A stretch of 64,000 bases of DNA from Balanoglossus misakiensis (lineage: Eukaryota > Animalia > Hemichordata). Both the position numbers and the translations under genes were made by a program. The notes beneath the pieces are model-generated. The model saw nothing but the letters and a program-made list of their open reading frames with translations. It made no database searches and was not told the origin of the DNA. Numbering within the stretch: the first letter of the stretch is position 1; each line of letters opens with the position of its first letter. The stretch spans positions 4,652,156-4,716,155 of the forward strand of contig CM082588.2 in the NCBI GenBank assembly GCA_040954595.2. Direction: 5' to 3'. Below are positions 48,201-62,900 of this stretch, in pieces.

Positions 48201-50016
48201 TCTCCAAGATGGCTGTTGTCTGTTGGCAAAGCAGACAAGGCAGAGAAAATCATCCGTCAATCTGCAAGGATAAACAAGGTGGAAATTCCGGATGGCCTTT
48301 TTGACAATTCCTGGACACCCGGCCTCAAGAATGACGAACAGGCCAGGGCTTTGGTAGTCACACACAAAGTTAGTTTAGAATCCAGACTCGTGTTTGTTTT
48401 TTCACTATGCTCCACACAGTCTAGCATTTTGATCCTCCATTTTGGAATTTTCCTACTTCATCGATGGTAAATATATATGTAACTTTGTCCACAGGAGGAT
48501 GATATAGAAGAGAGTCTGGACGGAGGAATGATAAATCTGTTTAGACTTCCAAATATGAGGAAGAAGACACTGATTCTAGTCGTTAACTAGTAAGTTTATG
48601 TCTTGCGTTTTGTTCTCGTTCCAAGAAAGACAATGCCAATATGTGGATTGAATTTCTATTCGTCAAAGTGTGTTTATTCTGTTTGCACTTTGATTTCTTT
48701 CAAAACTATATGATGTGGTTAAAACCAATTTGTCCCATTTCCTCCAGTTTAGCAAACAGCATGGTCTACTACGGCCTGAGTCTGAGCACGTCGTCGCTTG
48801 GTGGCAGTGACTACGTCAACGCTTTCATTTCGGCTGCCGTTGAAATCCCAGCGTATGGTCTCCCCATTATATTAATGGAATCTCCGCGTCTGGGTCGACG
48901 GTGGACTCTATTCGGATCGATGATTCTGGGTGGTTTTGGTTGTGTGGCGGCGCCCTTTGTACCACAGTGTGAGTGGCCAATAATTGCAATCTCAGCGAGA
49001 AACCATGTGATAATATTGCTATTTTTGGCAAATTGACCTAATTAGACGAATCAACAGTATTTTGCATAACATTGCTTCTGGAGACGTTGTATCAGTCAAG
49101 TATTCTTGTAAATATTTCTCAAAATTTAACTTTCACAATGCTTGTGATATGTTTGTTGTCTTCGTAATTTTCAGGTCAGAACCTTTCATGGCTTCGTATA
49201 ACGCTGGCTATGATCGGCAAGTTCGGAATTTCGGCGTCGTTCGGTGTAGTGTATGTTTACTCTGCCGAACTTTTCCCAACTCCAGTAAGGTAACGTCTTC
49301 ACAACCTACATTTTAGATAAACGATAATTTCATCATGATTGAACTAGGTGACGACCATTGAATCACCTTTGCTCGAAGTCTACACCAAAAGTACAAGGAT
49401 CGTTAGACCGAAGATCATTGGCGCGAACTTTGGTCTAATATAGTACCACTTTCCGTAGGTCCATGGGCATTGGTATCTGTGCCACTTGCTCCAACCTAGG
49501 CGCCGTCATTGCGCCGCAAATCCTGCTGCTCGAGACATTCTGGACGCCACTTCCGGTCATCATCTTCGGCGGGCTGGCCATCACCGCCGGGATTCTGGTG
49601 TTACCTCTCCCGGAAACGCGGGCGAGGAAGCTACCGGAAACTATGGCGGAGGGAGAGCGGTTCGGGAAGTGAGTGACGTTAAATGTAGCCTCACAATGTT
49701 GTGACGTTTGTATCCATCCGCCATCTTCCGACGTATGATTCACAGATGTCGACAAAACAAAGCCTTGAACATATTTGTGTGTGTGTGATGAACGTGTGTA
49801 TGCGTGCGTGTTGAACCCATTTAGCCTTGAAAAACCTTAAATGCCATATACATCTTCTCAGACAAGTCTATTTTTTGTCTTTCCTGCAGAAGGAAGCGCA
49901 AATACCAACATTGCGGCACTGGACAGATTAAGAAGGTCGAACTCTACGAGATGAACGAGAATTATAAACAATATTATCCTACAACCGACGTCCGAGCTCC
50001 CCTTGCGGAATTTTAG
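45212..50016 (+). CDS. SLC22-family (MFS) organic ion transporter, 11 exons, ~611 aa
   Basis: Exons 45212-45230 (inferred micro first exon), 46056-46495, 46734-46837, 47056-47210, 47364-47532, 48188-48368, 48495-48589, 48748-48968, 49175-49289, 49459-49668, 49890-50016 (1836 nt). Motifs [45 protein letters not shown] and LPET. Confidence 0.93.
48113..48141. repeat. (CAGA)n microsatellite
   Basis: Direct tandem array in an SLC22 intron. A similar array lies at ~2409-2470. Confidence 0.85.
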
Positions 50017-53000
50017 CGACACGTTGTTCCTCTGGCCACGTTGTTGCAAATCTGCATGGATGTCAAAAACTGCAAACTTTCCATGACAACACGGTTATGT
50101 TTTGGGAGTATCGTCAAAAGCGATAAAAGCTGTGACTTCAGTTGGAAGAAGTGCAAATCTGATAGCTTGACATGTAGTAGGTTGTAATTTGCAAAATAAT
50201 GCGAGAAAGACCATTTGTTTCAATGGTCCGCATATTTCAGTACTAAGGCAATCCATGATTAAAACGGAAACGCCCATCATATCACAATTTTATTGTCATT
50301 TTTGAAATAATTTTTATAAATTGCAGTGGTGGCGCTCTTCAAAATGAACAAACACAGATTTGCATCTAGAAAGGGCAAGCAACAAGAATGAAATAACACA
50401 TTTTTGAGTCGCTTTTAAAATCTGAACACGCATGCGCAGCCAACTTCCGTAAAACTTCTTTACAAGGACCGGGGTGAGGAAGAAAGGAGGGCGATGCAGA
50501 AAGACGAGGCCTGGCGCTGGAACCCTTTTAACTCCACGCGGGTATACTACTTGGATGTGCATAAATATATCAGCAAGACTAGTGGAGTCCTTTCTTTCTG
50601 TTTTGCCCCAAGGAACTGTGTGTAACCCGCCTAAGAAAGAATGGAAAGGTTTTAAGTACTTCTCTCCTCACGTCGTCTGCCTCGGGTTGCACTTTTTTCT
50701 TCTTAAATGTCGTTTGAGTCAAAAGAACAACCGAATGTACATTAACAGTTGCATCCACCCCGACGGAAGAGATGTAGTTTCCACGTGCCGAAGATTTTCT
50801 GATGGAATACTCCAGACACCCGGGCAGATTACGGCGTTACACAATGCACGCCCCTGGGCTAGTTTCAGACTATAAGCCGTTAAAGTTGGAAACAAAATTA
50901 GCAGGGTGAGCGTGATGGCGGGACACAAGAAGAGCGCGGGCGTCAGCTTTCTTTCGTCAGACGACAATTTCTGGCAAATGTGAATGTTGACATTTCGAAA
51001 TGGAAGCCGATCAATGGCTTCATCTGATGCGGGTGCCTGGATGTGGCCTCTGGGAGAGACGACTTTACAGCGTTTTCTTTGAACGAAAATAAATATCTCA
51101 TCAACGTATTGGAAAAGATAAGCTTATTGGGGTTAAGGCAACGAGCGTGCGAGTTATATGGACTATCCCCCTGTCTCTTCTTACACAGACATGTACAATC
51201 ACAGAATTTGCTTCACTAAAAAGCGCGTTTCTCAGTAACTCTCGCAGACTTCAAGTTGAGCATCTCTCGCTCGTTCCACGAAAGAAAAGCGCATAAGCTC
51301 CGCCAGTTTATCCTCGATCGGCGGATTAAATAAACGAGGACGAGACGCGTGGTCAAAACAAAGTTTACGCCCTGTCGGCTATTCGCAGAAATCAATCCGG
51401 TTTATTCATTGCAAATGGCGGAACACAGGCACTCATGTACGGGGATAACTTTCACTACCCTAAATTAGGTCGATCCGTGAAATCGCAACTGTACTGTAAA
51501 CAACTATGTTGCCTGTCGTTGTTTGATTCTCTGCCCTTTTTGTAAAGGCTAGCCCCAAGAAGACCACAGATATATGCTGGTACTGCTTAGCCAGATACAT
51601 TTAATCACGCTGAATTAAAAGCGGGTAGTTCACATCCTGGCGATATGAAACAACGTGACACGAATAAAATCTACTGGTTTGTCCAATAGTGGATCATGAC
51701 TAAGCAAAACCCAGCTTTGAACGGGGTCAAGTTACAATATAATTCTCGGAGTAAAAAGTTGAATCAGTAAATATCTTAGTTGTGGGGAGTTTGCCTGATT
51801 GCGCTCTGGCATATATTTGCCATGCTTGGCAATGGTCAAAATATCACATGTATCTAACCACAAACCTTCATGAATGTACTTACAGATTAAATATAAGCAG
51901 CACGAAGAAAACACAATAATCTGTATTAATAGAGACAAAAAAAGGGTTTAACTACCCAGCGGCCTGGCTGCCTTTCAAATGTCATTTACTGCGAAAAGAA
52001 AGAAATACATATTATTTTTTCATTAGCCAGCAAGTGACCGGAGGAGACGATAAGACAGTCTTGTGTACGCCACAGGGCGTTCTTTTACCATTTAAAACCG
52101 CTTACTGTTACAAACCTTTTGGGGGTTCAAGAAATATGAGACTGTCTTTTTGTTTAAGACAATTTCCCATTTCCTGATTTATTTTGCTGACTTGAGATGA
52201 AAATACGCGATCACTGTTACTTAGTACACCGAGTTCGCGTAACCGACGAGATTAGTTTTCGATCTCGTCGGGAGCACGGGGTGTTCAGTGTACATGTACC
52301 TAAAAAGGGCTTCGAGGGAAAGCGATGTATAGTTGGCGACATGGTGCGTCTACTTGCTGTCCAAATCACGTGACTGTACACGAGGAGCGAAAACGTGTTG
52401 ACGAGGATGCGCTTCCTCCCAGCCTACAGCTGTCCATAGATTTTTATGTGATGGTGATGATCGAAAAAAGTGGTACGCGTCATCTGTTTACCGGTTGACC
52501 CACATCTTCCCTTGAAGGGAACAGCGGGTATTCTTGACGCAAAAAAAGTTTCACATTCCGAGTATTCGCGAGTCTTTATTGTTGGAAGGAGATCCCATAA
52601 ATAAAACATGAAATAGCCAACATCGACATGACAAGTAATTTTGACCTGGCAGTTTCTTCCAAAACACCAAGAAAATTTGAAGAACACTTTCAATGGGACC
52701 GACTTGGTCTGTTTTATTAAAACTCTCTACCAAGAGATCCCCATTACCTTAATTTTAGCTGTTAGTGCAGCTTGTTCATGGATATATCAAACAAACGAAA
52801 CATCATAGAGGATTATTACACCAACTACAGTCTTGGTATAGTGTTCTCAGGCAGAGTTTGCCGAGTCTGACGCCCCCATGGTAAAGTGCGCCCTCAGGAC
52901 CACAAAGCAGATTCAATCAAAAGTGCAACATATTCGAAACTTAAAACGAAAACCCTCTTGCATGATACAAATACTCTGTTTATATCGATTTAATAATATC

Positions 53001-54676
53001 CAATATCATGTGTCTCCAGTCAATGTTAACCGTGATCAACTTTTCCCCTCAGGTTATTTTTTCCTCGATTTGCAAGAATTTGAAAACAGGAACAGGAAGA
53101 TGGATCGAATCTGTGATGCTATTACTGGACGCGATCGTGGTCACGACCAATGCCAGCTGTGGTAAAAAACAAACAGAATTCCGATAGTTGAATCTTCACT
53201 ATCAATTTTTATCATGGGCTGTGAAAGTAAGTAAGTTAGTGATCGAATTTCATATCTTGGAATTAATCTAATCCGAGATCCATTTTGTCACGGCGATTCT
53301 ATCAGAAAACAGCACGACGAGACGACGATTTGTGCTTTACTGAACATATGATAACTTTTCACGTCGTAACCATCAACTGATGTTGCCTTGGGGATGGGTT
53401 GGTTCTCAGAGCGAAGGTGCACTACATGTTCTCAACACGAAGTATACTTAATGCATATGAAAAAAATCGCCGTGTCAGTGAGCATGAAAGTTTATGTCGA
53501 ACGCACTTGCTTGCGGAGCGTGCGGCGAAAAGTACTACCTTTACACCAACGAAGCCCACCACCTCCACCCCCAACCCCAAGGCCGAGGTCGTACCACCGT
53601 AGGAAGTTAAACGCATACTGATTACATGTGCGGAAAAGGGGGACACTGACTTCAGGTAACATGTTTGTGCAAGTCTCTAATAACGGACTTTGTGGCCCGT
53701 CACCGTACCCAGCGTGAAGCATACCGATTATTTTCGAACCCCAAGGTCGCCCAGACACAACACCGATATTTTTGTATTCGGGACACACAACCTAAAAGCA
53801 AGCTGCTCCCAATTAAACGACGCTCACCCGTTACTGTATACATGTAATGGCTTCCTGTTCCTCTGCAACTTGGTCCATTGACACACTGATTTGAATGCAT
53901 CTGCTGCGCCGAACAGTACATACTTCAAGCTCATTGAAAACTCTATCATTTTACAGTGGAAATACCATAGTCGATTATCTATTTGTATCACTCTCTCCAG
54001 AAGTACGAAACAACATGGGACTTTAATACGGTTGCCTTAACGAGCCATTCTCCAAAATATGCTCTTTACCCAGCTTCTTTTTCAGAAGCAGTCAATGACA
54101 TTGCTTTTTTACTGATATCGAGGCCATCGACCTCTCCCGGCGACCCAAAAAAACACTTTGTTGACATAACACTGAGATACAGAAGCGACCTATACAACGG
54201 TAAACTTTTATGGGGAGAAAGGGCACGCTTTAAATAGAGGGGTTTATGCCAGGTCAAAGATTGAAAAAGAGTACTAGTTTGATTATTTTAGTAGTGTCAT
54301 TTCTTCTGGCGTCTCTTGTGTTAATCTCAATGACATTTCGTTTCCAATTTTCATTAAACTTTGCTTTACAACACCATAAAGGGCACGTTCCTAATGCATG
54401 TAGGTCTTAAAAAACTTTAGCGTGGGAACGATTAAGTGAAAGCGACCGGCCCTGGATTAGTGTACAGTTAAAACAGTTACCTTAGAATATTTCCGACCGG
54501 GTAACTTGTGGCTAACGTTTCTTCTTTTAGAAAGTTAGCCGCAAACGCCCCGTCGGGTGACATTTTGGCGGGAGAGAGTTTTAGCGCTAATGGATACAGG
54601 CTTAGTTACTTGATCGGTGGAGGCAGCTCAGCTCTGATTAATACACGAGAGAGCTCATTAACGCGACTAACAACGA

Positions 54677-54730
54677 GAATGGAGAATTCCCACACCTGTT
54701 GCTTGTTATAGGTTCCACGATTCTCATTGG
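54677..54730 (-). promoter_or_regulatory. Putative Pol II core promoter (CCAAT, TATA-like, Inr) with a CSL/Su(H) site
   Basis: Minus strand: CCAAT 54730-54726, TATAA 54710-54706, CAGGTG and TGTGGGAA 54698-54687, Inr CCATTCT with A at 54680 (30 nt from TATA). Splice donor AAG|GTAACT at 54481/54480. Confidence 0.45.
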
Positions 54731-56786
54731 TCAGGAGAGGAATATTGTGTTTCGTAATACTCCGTCACATATCCTTGGGAAAATCGTGAACACACGAATT
54801 TGGCCGCTTGCCGTGGCGTCGGGGTGATATGTAGGTGAATTTTATCGGCGTGTCCCAGAGCTTACCTCATCATGCGCTGTACTGTCATGTTTGAGTTCAG
54901 TGGGTCACAGTTGGAATATTAAAGCGAAATTGCCTCAGCAGCGACCATGACACGCAAGAGAATAATTGATGAACTGCGCAACCATTAGGGTTTTGATATG
55001 TGAAATCCAACACCGTTTGGTTAATAAGCCTTATAAGATTGATCAAAGAGCCTTCAGATCCTGTTTCATGGCTCATGTCGCAACAACAATCTCGCGGTTT
55101 CAATTTGCAGCGAATGGTTGCTTGAAACATGGAGCTTTGAATTGTACAGTACATGTACACACTTTGAAATCACCTACTCGTGATTGCAATTCTGGCGTTT
55201 TTAATTATCAATTAATTAATTGAAATGTCGCATTTTTTACTCATTTCTTATCAAACTACATCACCGATGACTTATTCATCAGGGTAGCTAACACACAACA
55301 GACGAATAACCTTTCCTTTGATTGCCCCTGGCATTTTCGAATCAGAATTATAAATATTAGATTCACATACAGGTAAGTTTCACTGCAGCAAAGCCCTGTG
55401 AGCGGAACATAGGTAGAATTTCTGCGTGGGCTGGGATTTTTTAATTGAGATCACCCAGGGAGTAAATCATTGGCTGTAATGGCTGTACATGTAGTCCGTT
55501 GGCCATACGCTTGCTATGGCTTCTTGCCGGCCGTAGAAAAATATTCGCAGTCGGGCCACCAGGTAGAATACGGAAACGACGGCTAGCTACTGAAGCCGCG
55601 GCACGCCTACGACGGCCAACAGGCCACACTTATTCCAATTACAACATTACGACCCCTTAATTAGAAGACCCTCGCCAATACCGAGTCGTGATCGTCGATT
55701 TCTATTTTAACACAGGTACATGTAAATATGGATAATTTTACGCGAACACTCTGGCCACCGGGGACGTTCGTACTGATGATCAGCGACTCAACACATTCAG
55801 TCACGTAGGTTTACTTCAAGAAACGAAAGTGAGCAATACATTGTAATTTAAATGGATTTTACTAAGTATTGTCGATGCCAGCATGGAAGTCCCACGATGC
55901 CACGAATTATGCATGTGACGAAATTCGGGATTTCAAAAATAAGTATTCGCCATCGTTCTTGTGAACGACGGTAAATTTCCTGTTTGATATACCATACACA
56001 GACCGTTGTCTCAGTGTATGGGGAATACCAAGCTAACATTTCATTCCCTCCAGCCTGCAAACAGATTAACATAGCTTGCCTGTTGCCAAGGCACCGTAAA
56101 CACGAAACCGGCGTGACCGAATGACCCTCAGTCACTGCGTGCATATACATGTACGCACACTCTGATTGTGAGACCAAAGCTCCACATTAACAGGTGTGGC
56201 GGACATGCTATGCAAATACACGTTGCTACACGTAAGGACCTTGGGTCGGACAAAACAACATGAAAACTTCCTGATTCTAACGAGTTTCGTAAACAACGAT
56301 CGACATTTTGACAATATATTTTATTTATGTCTTGTTGGAACGCAGGAAATATGCCACCTGTCTTTTAAGCCTTCTCAATACTCGCGATTTTTGTAATAAA
56401 GTCAGCTTATTTGATCGCCCCCCTACGTAACCTTGAACCGGGGCTAACATGCCTCTTGTGCTGTATCAAATATGTCGTCTGAATATTTGTCGAAAATATT
56501 GGAGGCAAACAATGTTCTTTTAATCCAAATAATCCGTTGACTCAGGCCTTTTTGTCCAAACGTGTGCAGTAATTAAAGTTTCTGTCCTTATTGGTGCAAT
56601 CAATCACAGTCTCTTGAAAAACGCAAGGCACTATGACGTTTTACATGCTCGTATTACTTCTGACGGGACAACTCAGTAATCCGCGACTGGAACAAAATAC
56701 ACGTAGGTTTAAATTGTGACGTGGATGTAATAGAATCATGATCCGAAGAATCATACAGCACGTCCTGATAATCTATGCCACCGTTT

Positions 56787-56825
56787 GTCTCTGTCTCTCT
56801 GTCTCTGTCTCTCTGTCTCTGTCTC

Positions 56826-56916
<91 letters not shown>
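56787..56916. repeat. Compound (CTGTCT)n/(CTGT)n/(CT)n microsatellite
   Basis: Direct tandem arrays. They produce the spurious ER- and SL-repeat ORFs. Confidence 0.97.
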
Positions 56917-56920
<4 letters not shown>

Positions 56921-59900
56921 CAGCAACAATCCTTCGATTCGACAAAAGAATCAGTCAATCTAAACTAACCGAGTTCAGTTCCACGTCATACGTTGAGGTT
57001 ACCAGGGCAACACAAAAAGTGCATTCACGTGTACTTGACCCGGTAATTGACTTCAGAACGTGAATGTGGACCGTAGGAACACCGTGAAATGTAAAAATAA
57101 GAAAGTCAGGAACGGGAAGCAATCTCTATTGTCCTGTTTTTGCGTTTCGACCATTTGTTGCTCTTTACGGAGAACCCGGTGTACCGAAAGTGATGAGACA
57201 TAATACGTGCACACATGCACATGACTGACTCTTTCGAAGGAGTCGAGTGGAAACTCGGTAATATGCAATCGTGCAATTAATTGACAGACTTATTGATTCG
57301 ATCTCGGGGTCATTATCGATTCCTTATAGTTGTGTGTACACAAAGGACGCGATCAAATTGGAATGTGGTCACCACCCTTAACACCTTCCGCAGCGGGTTC
57401 ACCTAAAGTGCAGTTGGACACTGAACTTTTGAGGAACAGGAGATGCTGACGACAGGTGATGCATGACCCACTCAAGAATCGTAATTATATTTGCACAGTA
57501 CGAGCGCGGGTAAATCGTAACCGTGGATCTTGGGGTCATTTTCAGTCTACGAAAGGCGCCTCGGGGAAAATCTTTACAGAAATGAAAGTTTTTGATTTAT
57601 TTTTTTTGTACTTTCCCCATTAAAACTTCATGGGGAGTACTTCAACTGAAACACTTTCATAAAAATTAAAAATTAATAAATATCGTATTTACCGACCATA
57701 ATTTTTGACATTGTTTAGATATTTGTGTGTGTATGTGTTTGTGTTGTTATTTACATAGTTTTACATGCCCACACACGTTTTGAATGCGAGCTGTTGGCAC
57801 TTTGTTATTATTACTAGGGGATGTTACACGTTCCCAGTCGCCATTTGGATCTACCTGCATGATTAGTTTCGAGATGGATAAACTTGAACTCAATTTTTGA
57901 GGTTACTGAGCAGACAACTAAAACGCCCTTGCCAAAGGCTCTCTACGCTTTGATGATCAGCTCATGGAAACTGGGTCATCTGCCAATATACATCTGTGTT
58001 TAAAAATGCAAAACTTTTCTAGTTTTGCATTATGATGGTGAAATATAGGGATATGGTGACTCATGTGACTGAAGCCTCATTCATAAAAAAATTGTACATT
58101 TCTGTTTTCATCTGACCCATCATCAGGGTGGAGTAGGTCGCCTGAGTTTGAGGGCCGTCCCTTTAATTAAATAGTCAAGTTCTCGTTAGCTGTGGAATTT
58201 TAAGAATGGAATGATCTGGATGTCTTTCATTGCTGCTATCGGTGAGGATGCAAATTGGCAGAAGAGAACAAGGAATGTTGGGTGGAGAATCTGAAAGAAA
58301 TTTCACTGTCCTTGGGTTTGTGTGACATAAGGGATTGTGAACTATATTCCTCGACTGTTTTCTTCGTCAATGTCTAGATATTGATTGATGTTATTTCGCG
58401 TGATTTACTAAAACGGGGGGGGGGGGGCGTATATCCTTTTGGTAATAAACTTGATATGCTACATATACCCTCTGCGTTGAAGTCGAACTATGTACTCGCT
58501 TTACCGCGACAAACATCGATGTCTGAAATGTCATGGTGTCGTGGCGGTGCGATTTGCGTGTCGAGTGTCGTGCGTACAGCCATGTCTCGATCAATATATT
58601 CATTCGTCATTTACGAAACAACGCCAAGCGGCGCCACGAACAGGGTATAACAAGTTGTGACTAAGTGCGTAATGATTCGCGACAAACACAAGAATCCTTT
58701 CTGGGTCATCGATTCCAGTCTCTCCTCGAAGGAGACCGCCGAGATTGCATGCTGTTTCCAATTTGTTTGTATCCCGTCACCAACAGCCGATCGATCGCTT
58801 CCCGATACACGTGATCGATACCACAGTCAGCCTTCATGCACGCGATATTTCTTTCATTTGGTAGTATAGGATTCCACCAGCGCCCGTCAACCCCGGATGA
58901 CGCATTCATTTCACATCCGAATGACCGCATATCACTCGTGCGTGTTACTATGGCTACATAACAAACATGAAACCCATACCTGTTGATTATCTCGGTGTTT
59001 CTGTTCCAACGTTGTGAGAATATTTGTGCAGCACAACATGTGCCTGTGACAAGCAGTGACGTCACCATGCAAATATATTATTATTAATTGCGGTCGGGAG
59101 ATCATCCGGGTGATTTTATTTATTGCCGAATACTAAAATGTGTCTCAAACATGCTGTAATTACATGTATTGTATGTACATAATTATTGAAATGACGCTGA
59201 ACTAAAAATCTCCACCGTGTTACACTTCGGGTCAAAGTGCAGTGACTCGGGCGGTCGGCCATCATGGGTTACACCATACGTGCACCTGTTATACAAGTAC
59301 ACCTGTTTGAATAGTATGCTAAATTGTGAAGGAGCTGACCAATTAAAAACAACCTTGAGAGACCGCTGCACACTGCCCTTGAACGTTCCAAATAGTCATA
59401 GAACCACACAAATGGTCATTATCTCACCTTTCTGTTATTTGAAATTATATCATACTATCCTCATAGATAGATTCAGTGAGGGGATATATTAGATATTAAT
59501 TCTTTCAAATGAAATATTTTCACTAACTACACGATATTTAACAAAACTAAGAGCTATGGCATGATAATACTCTTAGATGACGGGCCAGTTTTCCTTGCGC
59601 TGCAAATATGGCGTCTTTCCGAAACAAGAATTCACATACCACAAGCTGTACATTCAACTTCAAACACGCATGGACATGAGACCGGTTTATACCTTAGCGA
59701 TATTAAGGTCACCCTATCCATCAGAGGTCACGATCAACAAACAGTCAGCTTGACGACACAATTGCGGTTATTGAATGTGTCATGCATCACTGCCATCGTT
59801 CACCAGTGAAGTTCAATGTACTTGTGAACTTTGCTTGAACCCGCGCCTGGTATAGGTATATTAAACGACTACAGTGTATATACTCATAACGTGCTTTTGT

Positions 59901-62900
59901 TTCGGTGGGCACTTCTACACGGATATTTTCCGGTCGACTGGGCCCGCTTTTCACGCAAGATTACCGAGAAGTGGCCATGGGTACCAGTAAATTTTGGCCC
60001 TGGGTCAGAAGAGGGTCACGTTCGGCCTTGTAAGCTTTATCCGTGCGAAATTGTAGGCCTATATATGCGAGATACGAATCGGGTCAGCAATTCTTAACAG
60101 TTTGGTTTAGAAGAAGCGCAATGCACTTTCTGTGACAGCTAAAATATTCATAAAATGAAGATAATGCTGTTTGTTCGGCGTTCTGTCATTGATCTCTGTG
60201 ATAGATCTAAACTGGGTGGGTGGGAAAAATAATTGCTCGTCATTGTTGTTTTGAATTTGCCGGCGAAATACCAGAAGGCAGAACTACGTCACGCGTTTTG
60301 GTGTAAACCACCCTTTCGTGTAGACTCTTTGAATGTTTAGAAACTGTTTCATGTCGGCTCTTTTGTCGTGGGAGCCCGCGAAATAAAGAACTTCAGTTCA
60401 AGCCTAAAATAAATCTGTTCTTTTGAACACGTTGATGAAATCTTGCGGCCACGAGAAATCGCAATATTTTGACTGCAATACATACATCTTTGCGGCTGGT
60501 TTGGTATTGTGTTGTAAGTATGACAAGCCGAATTCTTACTCGAAAAAATGGCGCCGTGAAATTAGAAATTGAGAAAATGTATACATTCAGGTTACTATGA
60601 TAAAAATGTATTGGATTAGCTCACATATCGGATTGTTTTACTGGCCGTCCTTGGCTTAACCCCCATGTGCCATTGCGGTGAAGAAAATGATACACGGATT
60701 GAGTAAATTTGATTTTCTTTCGTTAAAAACTCGCGGCGGTTATGCATGCCTTGAGGGACAATATGTATGATGTAGATTGGAGACTGCCTGACTGTGCGTC
60801 GTTAGGGCGGAGAATGACGTATTTGCAGTTTTAAATTCTTATTTTTGCAGACGGACATCAGTCAAATAAAAAGTTCGCAAAATCAGAGTCACAGGGAGAC
60901 TTCTTCACCAATAGGAAGGTTTGCTTGGATTCGAAATTTAGTGGATAATTAGACCACTGAAAAACATTGATTGCAGGTCTATATGACGTCATTTTATAAA
61001 GGATTGGGAATTTGTCTCTGAGCAGCGAGTCCGTCATATGTCTGTGCCAACAAACAATATACCACCACATTTGTCGCCTGGGGATCATACGCACACTGGA
61101 AAATAAGTCGCAGTGTCCACAAATATCTCCGAAAAGCTTCAGTTGGCCTTCAAAAAATTATTTGTGATAATTTCTTCAAAATCAGTCCGACTACCACGTG
61201 GGAACCGCCATGTTGTCTGGGGAGCGAGCTCTCCTCCCGATTTCTCTCTCAGGGCCCGCCTTTCTGCAATTCTTGAATACTCCCTCGACGGCAGACGGGT
61301 TACTGATACTGTATCGAACTGGGGAACGATGTCACTTAGGCGTGAGGTTTGTGGGCGTTGCCATGTAAACACTCCGTAAAAGCCCCAATTACAGGCGTGT
61401 ATATGTATCTTGGGATTACCAAGAGCACAACTGAGATACTTGTTGGTCATTTTCAGTACATGTACTGGATAGGTCTCCTTGACTGAGAAACACATATATT
61501 CTGCACACCTACATGCACTCAACTACTATGATTTTTAAATCATCTCAAGCTTTAAGTAAAAGGTCACGAATTTCCTCCAGCTGGGATCAAAGCGGCAGAG
61601 AATTAAGACATGCTCAACCCACACACGCCGCAGTACAAGTCAACAAGGGATTTGCCTGTTTCCAAATGACGCAAAAAAATGAATGAATGAATCCATTCTT
61701 ACTCCAAAACATCGGAGACCTACTCCAACTACGCAAATATCAAAGCCCACAGAACAACATTAAAACGCGCCACTCAAATCTAAAGCATGTTGATCACCAG
61801 GGCATAAGATTAAACGTCTATTTTATTTATGAGGTTATGGATCTTTTAGGGGAGGCTTGACTCGATGACATTAACTTCGCTTACAATTTGTACCATTTAG
61901 CGTCTAAAAGTAAACCATTTACAATGTACTTTTAATTCCAAAGGGCAAGGAGACCAGTACATCTCGATTAAACAATGGTGTATTAATTCATGTGGTTAAT
62001 ACCCGCTTATCGCAGATCACGCCAACCGTAAAAGATTTACTATTATACATAAGCTAGATATTCATATTCTGACATATCATCGGGTTGGTTATTACAAGTC
62101 ACGTGACGCAGAAAAGATTGTCAGCGTCCTTCTCATTAATAGTCGCTAGAAAATAGTCTTTTACGCCATGAAATTATGACACGTTTTTACGACAAGGAAT
62201 TAGAGTAACGACTTTGTCATGTTCAAATCAACGCGAACTTCAATTTGGCCTGAACTTACAGTCGCAGCCTTGTAGTAGCATATATTGGCTATATTAAAGT
62301 CAATGACCCACCTAGAAATAAATTGGAATTTTATGAGACGCTAAGAATTTGTGAGTGAGGTTTTCGCATGCTTTAACAAGCAGTCAGCCTCTGAGATATA
62401 TGTTTTCGCACGCCGGGTCAGAGATAAAGCTTCACAATCAACATTTTTACGAGAGCGGCATGGCAAGTTAAATGAAAGATTGACGCGTGGCTTAAGCTGC
62501 AGTGCTTATGGTCCGAGGTGTGAGTCACAGCGAGGTTTCCAAGACCCCTCTTGAACAACAATCACATGAACGTGAATTCGCTGAAATGCGTTTCTTAAAC
62601 CCCTTTTTATTCCAACAAAATTGCCGTTCTGTTTCTTTCCCTAAGATGATGAATATAGATTGAATGAGACTACACAGATCATCGAATGAAAGTTTTAGAC
62701 GATTAAATGAATTTCAAGTATAGTAGCTCTTTGAAATCAAATCAGTAAGAGAATTATGTCGCGTGACTTGGATATAGAGGCAGTTTTCTTCAGATTAAGA
62801 CTAAAATAACCGTGTCTTTACGAATCAAACCTTCTCCTTTCATTTTCCTGTGTCATTTTAAAGCATGCCAGCCCTTCGCTTGTTTTGTACATAAACGCCA

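Noticed and set aside
52243-52271. Perfect 10-bp hairpin ccgacgagat...atctcgtcgg
   Set aside because: Too short for a functional call; probably a micro-MITE remnant.
56654-57063. ER- and SL-repeat ORFs
   Set aside because: Translations of the CT/CTGT microsatellite.
57500-58166. Repeat-like block ending ccgtcccttTAA
   Set aside because: Only one terminus found, so boundaries cannot be supported.
61113-61522. ORFs of 88-127 aa and a possible small minus-strand exon
   Set aside because: No recognisable domain and no consistent partner exons.
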